The notes under the pieces are model-generated. The model saw only the letters and a program-made list of their open reading frames with translations, searched no databases and was not told where the DNA came from. A stretch of DNA of 63,831 nucleotides, counting the filler, from Folioceros fuciformis (lineage: Eukaryota): NCBI GenBank assembly GCA_049999805.1. It is 6 parts of 6 records of this genome, joined end to end, with 100 filler letters (N's around TTAATTAATTAA, not from the genome) between each part and the next. Parts side by side here need not be neighbours in the genome. Positions count along the whole stretch, not along the records: positions 12,049 to 17,182 come from JBNGIO010004123.1; positions 17,283 to 33,235 come from JBNGIO010004125.1; 4 more parts are not named here. One strand, 5' to 3'. Position 1 is the first letter of the stretch. Each line of letters opens with the position of its first letter. This document shows, piece after piece, positions 12,737 to 24,802 of this stretch. A program made the position numbers and the translations under genes.

Positions 12737-14011
12737 CAAAAACAAGTGACGAAGAGGAGGACAGTTGGAAAGCAGCAACAGCGAGCGAGCTTAACGAGTC
12801 ACAAATGGGTCTGACTAACAGATTCAATTGCATCGATCGTAAGCTGATATCAGCACAACATCACGTTCAAAGGTCTGTGTCAGTGCAATCCACAAAATTT
12901 CAGAGGCGACCAAAACAACCACTTAGACCTTCTGTAGTTCATGGAGATGAGATCAGGCGTCCTGGTCAGGTCTATGGCATGCCAAAGAGAGACGCCTACT
13001 CTCTCTCTCTACGTGCATCTCTTTGGTGCATCCGCGAATGTTCATACATGGCGTGAAAACAGATTGGCTGTAAAAGATTGGCCGTCCTCCCCGTGCACAT
13101 ACGGCTGGAGCGTACCTTTCCCTGCACGTCTTCGTTCCAGTTGCAATGGCCGCGAGATCTGGTGGCCACCAGACCATGCAGCACAGCAGGTGGACTCACC
13201 CCACCTGTCTCTGGCTATTCCAACCATCACTCTCCCTCGACCGAGGGCTGGCCCCCACACCATGCAGCTCACCAGGTGGACTGACCCCACCCGTCTCCGA
13301 ATATGCTCGTAGATACCCTGGAGTGCACCCTGTCTGAGTCTCATAATTATACCATTCACTCTCCGAGCTACATGCATCGTCAATTTTCCTTGTTGCATAC
13401 ATACGCCACATCCTTGTCACAACGGCCTCGGCGTGCGCCGTGGGATTTCTGTGTCAAACACATCCGCTGAAACCAGGTCCTGAGTGGACATCTGTCCCAG
13501 AGCGACAGGCTCAGATGTCCACCATGGGCTATCGAGACACGATCGAATTACAGTTGCCCCACGTATTGCGGAAGACTTTTCAATCCACTCCAACTCATGC
13601 TCTCGCCCCTCTCATTCTGCACCACAAAGCCCATGACTCAGATATGCGGAGGTGTGCCCATCCCGTACGTGTTCCGCTCGCGAGAATTGACTGACCGTAA
13701 GCAACTGGTAAGGGCGCCAAGCGCGTGCTGCGAAATGGCCCTCCACGCTGCTCCTTGACCACCACGCTGTCGGCCTCGAAAGAATATGATCGGTTTGAAA
13801 CTCCAAGCTCCCGGGCGGAAGCTTCATATGACGCTGCAAGTCATGCCACGAACAAAGCACAGACTACAATTGCAGGTTGTGTTGTTCCACTATCAGATGA
13901 GTGTTCCAGCTGCCATCAAGCTCACCCCAGAACGCTCCCAGTCGGCAGCGCCCAACGAAAGGCCTCCTTCAATCCTCCATAGTTGTGCACGGTGCCGTAG
14001 CGGCAGGCAGC

Positions 14012-15308
14012 ATGGCAGGTGTGCGAGGAGATGTGGCAGGAATTGTGTGGATGATGCTCCTCCTCCTGTGCAGTCCTCACCTCCGACTCAACGTGGCGGC
14101 CCAGACCTGCAGTGCAACCTCGCTGTGTGCCGACAACTTGTGCTGCAGCCAGTACAACTTCTGCGGCACCACATCCGACTACTGCGGCAACGGCTGCCTG
14201 AGCGGACCCTGCACGGGATCCGGCTCTCCGCCCGCGGGGTCGGGATCCGGCGTGGGGAGTATCATCACCCAGAGCGTGTTCAACCAATTCTTCCTCCACA
14301 CTAGCGACTGTTCCACAAACAACTTCTACACCTACAACGCCTTCATCACCGCAGCCTCCTCCTACAGCGAATTCGGCAACACTGGGGACGACACCACCAG
14401 GAGGCAAGAGCTGGCAGCTTTCTTCGCTCAAGTCTCGCATGAGACCACCGGTGAGCGAGATATCCTTGGCTCCCAGTCCGATGCGTCAAACGCTTCTTTT
14501 CTCCAAGTTTCTCCACTGCGCATGCATCAAAGTTCTTCCTTCAAGTCTGATCCCATGTCCATGCATCACACGATTGTTTCCTCCGACCTACTTGCTCACT
14601 GTGAACGTTGNNNNNNNNNNGCCTGTGCCTATGCCTATGGTGACAGGAGGATGGGCCAGCGCTCCGGATGGCCCATACGCTTGGGGCCTGTGCTACATAA
14701 CGGAGATTGCCTGCTCTGCGTACTGCGCCTCCTCTTCCACCTATCCATGCGCACCAGGCAAAAACTACTGCGGCCGAGGCCCCATCCAGCTATCCTGGTG
14801 CGTTGACCTAGCGCTCCGTGTCTCTCCATGCAATCCCTGGGCCTTTTCTCCACACCATTACATTCCCTGGCTAGCGCGTGGAGGATGCATCCCTGAATTG
14901 CCTACTAAACGCGCTTGATGTCATTATGGTGCCAGGAATTACAACTACGGGCAAGCAGGAGCCGCTTTGGGCCTGGACCTGCTCAACAATCCAGATCTTG
15001 TGGCAACGGACAATGTCGTGTCCTGGAAGACAGCGCTCTGGTTCTGGAACACTGCGCAGCCTCCCAAGCCGTCTGCTCACTCGGTCATGGTAGGACAGTG
15101 GAGCCCTTCCAGCGCCGATCAGGCCGCCAACCGCCTCCCCGGCTTCGGAGTCACCACAAACATCATCAACGGCGGCTTAGAGTGTGGCCCCAGTGGCAAT
15201 CAGGCCGCCGTACAGGACCGCATCGGTTTCTACGAGCGCTATTGCCAAATTCTGGGTGTGCCGACGGGAGCCAACGTCGACTGCAGCAACCAGACCCCGT
15301 GGTCATAG
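14012..15308 (+). CDS. Class I chitinase: signal peptide + hevein (CBM18) + GH19, 3 exons (14012-14450, 14647-14797, 14936-15308)
   Basis: Hydrophobic leader, 8-Cys hevein [52 protein letters not shown], second catalytic Glu in CYITE, GT-AG introns in frame. Intron 1 spans a 10-N gap. Confidence 0.93.
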
Positions 15309-16583
15309 CAAAAACAAGTGACGAAGAGGAGGACAGTTGGAAAGCAGCAACAGCGAGCGAGCTTAACGAGTCACAAATGGGTCTGACTAACAGATTCAAT
15401 TGCATCGATCGTAAGCTGATATCAGCACAACATCACGTTCAAAGGTCTGTGTCAGTGCAATCCACAAAATTTCAGAGGCGACCAAAACAACCACTTAGAC
15501 CTTCTGTAGTTCATGGAGATGAGATCAGGCGTCCTGGTCAGGTCTATGGCATGCCAAAGAGAGACGCCTACTCTCTCTCTCTACGTGCATCTCTTTGGTG
15601 CATCCGCGAATGTTCATACATGGCGTGAAAACAGATTGGCTGTAAAAGATTGGCCGTCCTCCCCGTGCACATACGGCTGGAGCGTACCTTTCCCTGCACG
15701 TCTTCGTTCCAGTTGCAATGGCCGCGAGATCTGGTGGCCACCAGACCATGCAGCACAGCAGGTGGACTCACCCCACCTGTCTCTGGCTATTCCAACCATC
15801 ACTCTCCCTCGACCGAGGGCTGGCCCCCACACCATGCAGCTCACCAGGTGGACTGACCCCACCCGTCTCCGAATATGCTCGTAGATACCCTGGAGTGCAC
15901 CCTGTCTGAGTCTCATAATTATACCATTCACTCTCCGAGCTACATGCATCGTCAATTTTCCTTGTTGCATACATACGCCACATCCTTGTCACAACGGCCT
16001 CGGCGTGCGCCGTGGGATTTCTGTGTCAAACACATCCGCTGAAACCAGGTCCTGAGTGGACATCTGTCCCAGAGCGACAGGCTCAGATGTCCACCATGGG
16101 CTATCGAGACACGATCGAATTACAGTTGCCCCACGTATTGCGGAAGACTTTTCAATCCACTCCAACTCATGCTCTCGCCCCTCTCATTCTGCACCACAAA
16201 GCCCATGACTCAGATATGCGGAGGTGTGCCCATCCCGTACGTGTTCCGCTCGCGAGAATTGACTGACCGTAAGCAACTGGTAAGGGCGCCAAGCGCGTGC
16301 TGCGAAATGGCCCTCCACGCTGCTCCTTGACCACCACGCTGTCGGCCTCGAAAGAATATGATCGGTTTGAAACTCCAAGCTCCCGGGCGGAAGCTTCATA
16401 TGACGCTGCAAGTCATGCCACGAACAAAGCACAGACTACAATTGCAGGTTGTGTTGTTCCACTATCAGATGAGTGTTCCAGCTGCCATCAAGCTCACCCC
16501 AGAACGCTCCCAGTCGGCAGCGCCCAACGAAAGGCCTCCTTCAATCCTCCATAGTTGTGCACGGTGCCGTAGCGGCAGGCAGC

Positions 16584-17182
16584 ATGGCAGGTGTGCGAGG
16601 AGATGTGGCAGGAATTGTGTGGATGATGCTCCTCCTCCTGTGCAGTCCTCACCTCCGACTCAACGTGGCGGCCCAGACCTGCAGTGCAACCTCGCTGTGT
16701 GCCGACAACTTGTGCTGCAGCCAGTACAACTTCTGCGGCACCACATCCGACTACTGCGGCAACGGCTGCCTGAGCGGACCCTGCACGGGATCCGGCTCTC
16801 CGCCCGCGGGGTCGGGATCCGGCGTGGGGAGTATCATCACCCAGAGCGTGTTCAACCAATTCTTCCTCCACACTAGCGACTGTTCCACAAACAACTTCTA
16901 CACCTACAACGCCTTCATCACCGCAGCCTCCTCCTACAGCGAATTCGGCAACACTGGGGACGACACCACCAGGAGGCAAGAGCTGGCAGCTTTCTTCGCT
17001 CAAGTCTCGCATGAGACCACCGGTGAGCGAGATATCCTTGGCTCCCAGTCCGATGCGTCAAACGCTTCTTTTCTCCAAGTTTCTCCACTGCGCATGCATC
17101 AAAGTTCTTCCTTCAAGTCTGATCCCATGTCCATGCATCACACGATTGTTTCCTCCGACCTACTTGCTCACTGTGAACGTTG
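16584..17182 (+). CDS. Class I chitinase, 5' half (exon 1 plus partial intron) of a duplicate copy
   Basis: Appears identical to 14012-14610 at an offset of 2572 nt. Confidence 0.85.
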
Positions 17183-17282
17183 NNNNNNNNNNNNNNNNNN
17201 NNNNNNNNNNNNNNNNNNNNNNNNNNTTAATTAATTAANNNNNNNNNNNNNNNNNNNNNNNNNNNNNNNNNNNNNNNNNNNN
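17183..17282. other. Artificial scaffold spacer
   Basis: 44 N + ttaattaattaa + 44 N. Confidence 0.97.
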
Positions 17283-18617
17283 CCCCTGGCGCGGCCTGCC
17301 GGCTACATCTGTACTGCAGCAGCCGCTGCTGCTCGCCCGCTGGCGAGTGCGCGCCCCCGGGAAACGGCCTGGCGGGCACCAGCAGCCCGGCCATCACCCC
17401 ACCGGCGCCGAGCAGCCCCAATTCCTCCTTTTTCCCTACTTCCTCCTGCGGGCCACTGCTCCGACAGTCGCACGCAAGCGCACAGCAATCTGCCTCCGCT
17501 GTCGCACTTTTCGCCCTAATGGCAACCTGCAGCGTCGGCGTGCGGGAGATTGCCGGCACAGGGAGCACCACGCATTAGCAGGATAGAGGAGAATGAGGCC
17601 GAGACGGCAGCAGCTGCGGATTCAGCACGTATGCCCTGCCCCCACGCCGTCCCCTGCGCCCGACCACGATCCTCCGCACGCAACGTGCTCGCCCCTCCCT
17701 TCCTTCCTTCCTTCCTTCCTCCCGTCTGTCTTTTCCTTGCTTCCTGGCCAGGAGAAACAACAGGCCCGCCTGCTGCAGTCCAGAGAGCCGAATCCCTGCC
17801 TCTCACATCAGCGTGCTTCCATTCCTCCGGGGTCCGCCCGACGGAACCACGCGTCACGGCAAGGGATTCATCAAAACCACGATATTTTTCTCAGATTCCG
17901 CACATGGGAGGAAAGGCTGGTTCCATTCAACATTCTCACGTCAACCTTTTACTTTATCCACTAGCTAGCTACGTACTAGAAAGACCTTTACATAGAGACT
18001 TGAGTTATCTCTATCTCTTACTCTCCATACTATGACTTAGGATGAATCTCTCTTTTCACCCACAGTTTTTCGGCACCACAATTTTGAAAGCAATGGATAT
18101 GTGTTATAAGAGGAAGTGAGTAAATTTTCTATTCATTGATATTGTAATAAAGTTTTTTATTTATTTTAGAAAAACAAGATCGAAACTCACCGACCCCTTA
18201 AAGAGCCAACTCTCTCAAGCCTAATGATTATCAATAGCACCTAAAATATCATAGTTTGAAAAGTTTACCTACTATTACACAGTTGTTGATGCCACCTCTC
18301 TTGCTAATGTCATCATCTTGTGTATGGATGGCATTATAAAAATCCCAAAAACGCTACAATACATGAAAGAGGAGACTAAGCTCATTTTTCCTATTATGAA
18401 CTACCTTGGCTCAAGACTTTAAAAGCTTGGAAAATGCAAGGAAAATGCCTTGCACATAGGCCCGCGCGTCTCAATGGCAAGGGGGATAAAGGTGTGTTCA
18501 AACTGTAAAGGGGTGTACTTGTAAATCTTGGTTGATACAATCCCCTCTACTTTCCAACCTAGGGAATTGAGGACAACATGCTCCTAGACCGAGACCTAGG
18601 GTCAATTATGAACTCGT

Positions 18618-18825
18618 TGTTCTCTTTAATTGAAGAATAGGTCAAGCCGAAGAGAAACACTATCAAGTGGAGAGTATAGGCGACTCATGTTCTCTCTAAT
18701 TGAGGAATAGGTCAAGCTAAAGACAAACACTTTTAAATAGAGAATATGGGCGACCCATGTTCTCTCTAATTGAGGAATAGGTCAAGTTAAAGAGAGACAC
18801 TTTTAAATAGAGAGTATGGGCAACC
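18618..18825. repeat. ~70-bp tandem repeat, 3 copies, in AT-rich TE-like DNA
   Basis: tgttctctctaattgaggaataggtcaag..acactttaaatagagagtatgggc recurring. Confidence 0.7.
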
Positions 18826-19928
18826 CTTGAAGGATAAAAAACTAGCCTTTTTGACCAGCAAAAACATGACATCTCACGTAGCATCGTGAATAGCAATTCA
18901 TTGATCCCCAACCAAACAATGGGTAAGATGATAGTTATCTAATGATGCCCCACAATTGCAAGAGGAGAGAGCAAACCAAAGGTTGGACCAAACAAAGGTG
19001 AAACCTCATCATAGTAGAAAATGTGGTTGATGCGTCTTCGAAAGCCTAAGCCAAAAGCTAAGAACTTGCGTATGCTCTTTCCTAAGCATGAATGAAGCTA
19101 CGCTCCAATGAGTGTTGAGATAGAAGGATTTCTAAGAAGATTGAGTTAAATGTACTCATATTCCTTCTCGAGAAGAGAAGATTCGAGCCCCCAAATCTCC
19201 ATCCATAAGAGAAGCTTAGAGCTTATAAATCTCCATTGCAAGAAGAGATGAAAATGGAGGCATAGTTGTTCTAGCTACAAAAGAAAGAAAGTCTTTAGTT
19301 GAACTTAGCGACACTTATAAAGAGAGAGCATCCTCCTCGAAAGAAAAATGCAAGAAAATTAGAAATCAAAATCCATGAGTAAAATACAAACATCTAGCAT
19401 TGCATAGCAAAGTAGAATTGCATATGAAGAATGTGTAAAATATAACATATGAGCCCATAGCCTACTATAATTTGAGCAATATGAATAATTTAAAAAAACT
19501 ATTTACTTTTTTTTAGATTTAAACTTGATCTAGTTTTTCTAAAAAAAAGAGATAAGTAGAGTAAATTATAAAGTTTAAAATTTAAAAAAAAAATTAGCTT
19601 GAATGATGCTGAGACTTAAATGAGTTCTTCTATCGACATGCTCGACACTACTCTTTACTTAATGTAATCTTTACTTTGTCCTAAACTAAATTAATTTGAT
19701 TGCAACTAGCATATTCCTATGAATGACATTAGAGATCACCTTGTAACGTTCCAGCGATGGAAGGATTGCCCAAGTTTGATAGACACGACTCATGATCAAA
19801 AAATAAAAATTTCTTTTTGTTTCATATTACATCCATTTGTCAAAATTCAAGCATGGATCCAGACATGAAGCATAGGTACAACAACATACATGCCGCATTA
19901 GTGGAAGATAGAGACGACAAAGCATATA

Positions 19929-21693
19929 CAGTCAAACCCCTCTAATTGGGACCCCTTTTAAATGGGACACTGTCAAACCCCTCTAATTGGGACCCCTATA
20001 AATGAGAACCCCTTCTAAATGAGACACTCGGGCTTACTCCCTTGAATGTGCTACATGCGAAATGGGAAACCCCTCTAATTTATAAATAAATGGGAACATG
20101 TGTCCCAAACATTTAATGCAAGTACATCTTTGTAAAAGGAAAAATACATATTTAAAAAAAATAAAAAAATTGAAGAAATCGTGTTACCGAGATTAAATCA
20201 TGAGTCATTGAGATTATATCAAGTTAAAAGCTATTGAGATTATATCATGAAACATAGACAGTCATCGAGATTGGGTCTATATAGACAGTCATCGAGATTG
20301 GGTCTATATAGACAGTCATCGAGATTGGGTCTATATATGTAGTAGTTCTGTACACTATGCTTCGATCACATTGTTCATAGTACATAAGGTGTTTCATTGT
20401 ACAAGTTCTCTTATGGTGTTGTAAGTTGTTGTCTTGCTGTGAGATATTTTGTATGTGTTCCTTACCCATTCTCTTTGACATGTAGGAATAATGCTGCCCA
20501 AGCTGCCACACAAGTATGCTACCCTAACAAAGCAACGAAAGAAAGAGGTTTGCGAAAGTTATGTCCGACACTCTTGCACACTTAAGGAGTTTGACTAGAT
20601 GGACAACAGAGAAGTTTTCAATAGCGGCTTCTTAAAGTGCGTTGTCTAGAATTGTGAATGACAAAGGCAAATGGTTGGACCTTGCCATTGGTCCAACAAC
20701 TAATATGGCAGGAATGAGGGATAGAGCAATCGTATGCCCATAGATTGACCATGCAGTACACGTTTGGGCTCTTGCAATCCAACCTCAAGGTGTCACCATT
20801 TCAGATGACTTGCTTCGTGAGTGCATTAAGTTGTATCGTGACTATCAAGCAATGGTTATGCTTGTAAAAGATTGGACATCATTTGTGAGTCCCCATACCA
20901 TACGCAATTGTTGGAGGCATAGCACTTTGGATGTAGAATTGCGTGCACAAGATGCTCAGTTCCGTGAATCTTTAGATCTAAACAGTGCACCATATGATCC
21001 AGAGGATCAATTGTCGCATCCTCAAAGTCACTCTAATTTGTTGGAAATGCAGGTAGAAGAACTACAACAGTCCATGCGAAGCTTAGCATTATTAACATAT
21101 GAGGATATGACAGGAATTGCTTATGTTGGATATCCAACGATGATAGCTGAAGAGTATATGAACTTTGAGGAAGATGAAGGATTAAAGACTACGTATATTC
21201 CTACAGAGGACGAAATATGGCAAGCATTAATCCCTCCACCTGTCAATGAGGAGGGTGAGGAGAATGATACAACGTCAGTGGAGACCATAGCGCTAAGACT
21301 GTGTACGACAAAGGATGCTGTAGATAATGCTAGGAGGATAACAAAGATGTTTTTAGAAGAGATGCCACATAACACTCTTTGATGCTTTGAAATTGCATTC
21401 TTAGTTGGAAAAACATATTGCTAATCATTGGATGAAAGCAACTCAAGATCAATTAAGGATTGATGATTATTTTAACCCAACAAACTAGAATTCGCTTGGC
21501 AGGTATGTAGTATGAGGGAGCATTTTGGATTTTTCGGAAGCTTTTAAGCTCTTTAGAAGTTTTGATTTCAAGGATTTTATGATTTTTTGAATATTTTTAT
21601 TTTTAAAAAAAGATGAAAATGCCTAAACGGAACCCCTCTAAATGGGACAAGTTTTGCTACTGCTAATTGTTCCCAATTAGAGGGGTCTAACTG
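19929..21693 (+). mobile_element. Non-autonomous pogo/Tigger (Tc1/mariner superfamily) element with internally deleted transposase
   Basis: TIRs cagtcaaacccctctaattggga (19929) and its reverse complement at 21671-21693 (21/23 match), TA on both sides, subterminal ccctctaa(a/t)tggg repeats. Remnant CENP-B-like ..IDHAVHVWAL..VTISDDLLRE joins directly to C-terminal ..HTIRNCWRHS. Confidence 0.9.
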
Positions 21694-21695
21694 TA

Positions 21696-21980
21696 TGAAG
21701 CATTAGTGCAAGACAGAGACAAGACAAAGCATATATGAAGTATTAGTACAAGACAGAGACAGACAAAGCATATATGAAGCATTAGTGCATGAAGCATTAG
21801 TGCAAGACAGAGAGACAAAGCATATATGAAGCATTAGTGCAAGACAGAGAGACAAAGCATATATGAAGCATTAGTGCAAGACAAAAACAGACAAAGCATT
21901 AGTGCAAGACAAAAACAGACAAAGCATTAGTGCAAGACAAAAACAGACAAAGTATTAGTGCAAGACAAAGACGGACAAAG
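21696..21980. repeat. Minisatellite gcattagtgcaagacagagacaaagcatatatgaa and shorter variants
   Basis: About 8-9 degenerate copies; one further copy lies left of the pogo element at ~19895-19928. Confidence 0.85.
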
Positions 21981-23129
21981 TGAAGCCATCTCCAAATTGG
22001 AAGTGTTGGATTGGTTGTCAGGCATGAGGTACACCACCTTGCATTGATTGTCGAGCAACAGTGTACCTCATGCATTGGTTGTCGAGCAACAGTGTACCNN
22101 NNNNNNNNCGAGCAACAGTGTACCTCATGCATTGGTTGTCGAGCAACAGTGTACCATGAGGTACACTGATTTAGGAAGATGTGGGGTTGTTTAGGGATGA
22201 GGTATAAGTGATTAGGTTAGGATGCTCCGCTTCTAGGATGTTGAAGAAACCAAGGGTGATAGTGTCCAGGAATAGCTCAGCTTCCATGCTTTTCATGGAG
22301 GCAAGTATTTTGCTGCAGACGAAGTCTATTTGCCCAATGCACACGAACCTATTCGAATGCCCATCATCAGAAATTGGAGGATGAGGTAGAAGACGCTCAT
22401 GGGGTTTGCTATGAGCTGGCTTATCCACGAGGAAAGGAAAGGGCTCGACTCGGCTCTTTGCGGCGTCCATTCTTCACAACTGGCCTGCTCTTCTGGGCTT
22501 CCACTTGCAGGAGGAGATCACATGAAACGCTGGGCTCATTCTCCCTTGATCTCCATGTTCCGTTCCGAGATACAGATCCGTTCAATCACTGGACGCCAAT
22601 CCTGCCTAGCAACTCGTTCACTCTCCATCACGACTTGACACTCACGAAACTTCGTCTAAATGCCTTACCTTACTTACTGCCATAAAGTTGCCGAGTCTCA
22701 GAGTTACAAATGGATTCCATTCCAGGGCCTGCGTATGTGTGTAAGTATGTAGTAGTGTTGGTACATCGGGATGCGCGAATCCAAGTGACAGATCACCGAC
22801 ACTCGTACTTCCCATGTAAGATGCACAAGAGTTTTTGTTCAATCTGAGCAGCAGCAGTGGTACCACGATTCCGAACTCTTTCACATCGCATCGCATGCTA
22901 GGTTGCCCGAGGACAAGTCCGTGCAAGCCGCTGAAGGTCTGTCCAACCGCTTCTCAATCTTTCCTGTGTCAGTTCCCTGCAGGGACAGACAAGTTCAAAA
23001 AAAAGGCCTGCTACCCTAACAAGCCCCCTCCTCTGACCAAATTGACGGAGTTGCGCTAGCTGCTCCTTAGGCTGGAAGAGGGGGAAACTGGAGGCGGAAG
23101 TCCCCGGATTCCACGACCCTTCCTCCGGA

Positions 23130-23872
23130 TCACACGACTGTGTCCAAACTGGGCTGGAAGGGGAGCCAGAAGCGGGTATTCCACATAAAGTTCTGAAAGT
23201 ACAGGCCAAACCGGGACCAGGTGCTCGTGATGAACTCCAATGAGGCAGACCACTGGACATCATACGCAAGGCAGTAGTCATAGTCGACAAAGACGATGAA
23301 GGAATCCCCAGAAGTGAAGTCGCCTCGCCAGGACTCAGGCCAGCCGCGGACGACCTCGTACAAGAAGGGCCTGAAGAGCAGCGCGACCTACTCCCACGCT
23401 CCGTCCGGGAGCAGCCTCCAGATCCGAGGGAAGAGGATGAGGAGCAACTCACCCCGGTGCGAGAGGATGAGGGGTCACTCACCCCGGTGCGAGAGCAAGT
23501 CGGGACAAAAGAAGCAAAGGAGGCCGCCCTCTGAGGCGGCCAGACGCGCGCTCGCCATCGGCTCCTCCAGCCACGGGAGATTGGAGGGGCGGAGCTGGCG
23601 CGGGTACAGGGACATCTGCTCCTTCCCCACTCCCAAGGTGGGACTCAAGGTCAGGAACGCGGCGGGGGCCGCCTCCGCAGGGACGCATCCCCGCAAAAAG
23701 CCCGGGTCGGTGAGGATCTCCCGCCAGCGCTTCCTCACGCTCCGGAATCGAAAATGGGCTGCGATAGGCAGCAGCCGCAGCAACTCCACCAGGAGACTCT
23801 CCGGAGCTGGCCCCAGTCCGTCGTGGGGACGCCCTGGCTAGTGCTTGAAGAGTTGGGATCCAGGGAGTCCAA
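23130..23872 (-). pseudogene. F-box protein pseudogene
   Basis: DWGQL / PESLLVELLRLLPIAAHFRFRSVRKRWREILTDPGF..LAASEGGLLCF. The F-box is split by a frameshift, has no in-frame ATG, has a ~28-bp internal duplication (ctctcgcaccggggtgag twice) and has premature stops. Confidence 0.75.
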
Positions 23873-24802
23873 ATGAAAGCCCGCTAATCTTTGATAGCAT
23901 TCCGAATTAGCCGAATTAGGGTTTGGGGAGGGTGGACTGCACGCACAGTACAAACTGTGCATTGGGTAAGGCGGGTGCACCACATTATCTATATATAAGC
24001 CCCATCTGACCAACGTCCCGCCAATGTCAAGGTAAAGCGTTAAATGGGACAATTATTAGGACCATCTTTCTGAAACATCTGGACAGTCAGTACCTGGATG
24101 GGCAGTAAGGTTTATGCAGCAAAATTACGCCTGGAGCTGGCGGGAATATTCGCGGCAAACCAGCTCGGTGATCGGTGAACTCGGCCCGTTGCCAGGGATG
24201 CTCAGGCAACGTCTTCAATCACTCCGTTCCATTTCCAGGGCACGTTTGCGGCGTGCGAAACTGTTATCTTGATCTAGGCTGATCTTCGTTGAAGGTGGGA
24301 GGAGAAGGGAAGAGGCGGCGCGGGGCTGTCACTGTTTGCAGCCTGCTTCGGCATTGGTGTACCGGTTTCCTGTGCTTGCACATGACCCTGGGTCACGGAT
24401 TGGTGGCGAGGGCGTTTTTGAATCTGCAGGCTCTGGTGATGGACTCTGGTCAGGGATAGTAGGTGAGGTAAGGCGACCCGGGTGGGGAGGAAGCGGAGCA
24501 GCAAGAGGAGCAGGAGCGGGAGTGGAGGTGATGAGCAATGATGCAGTGATGAGAACGTTGGGAGTGTGGTGAGAAGCTTCCGGTTTGCAGCCGGAGTCCG
24601 CGGTCGTCGTGGCTGTGAGATCTTAGGGTTTATGCCCGGGGAAAGGGCGGGACGCCGGCCAGTACATGTGCAGAAGGGGCCTCTGCGGAAGCTAGCTGGG
24701 TGTGGATGCGGGACGGGGCGTCGGAGCTGGCTGAATTTATGCCCTAGAATGCAATTGTGTTGTCGGTCTTGGCTGCACGGAAGGATACGGTGACTGGGAG
24801 TT

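Larger units (their letters stand above)
12049..17182. repeat. Two apparently identical 2562-bp units separated by 10 N
   Basis: 12049-14610 matches 14621-17182; the ORF track repeats at +2572. Confidence 0.95.

Noticed and set aside
17283-17580. GC-rich minus-strand ORF at the scaffold edge
   Set aside because: Probably the 5' end of a truncated gene, but too short to identify
18495-18866. Possible LTR (purine tract then TGTT...AACA)
   Set aside because: No target-site duplication, no partner LTR and no gag/pol seen
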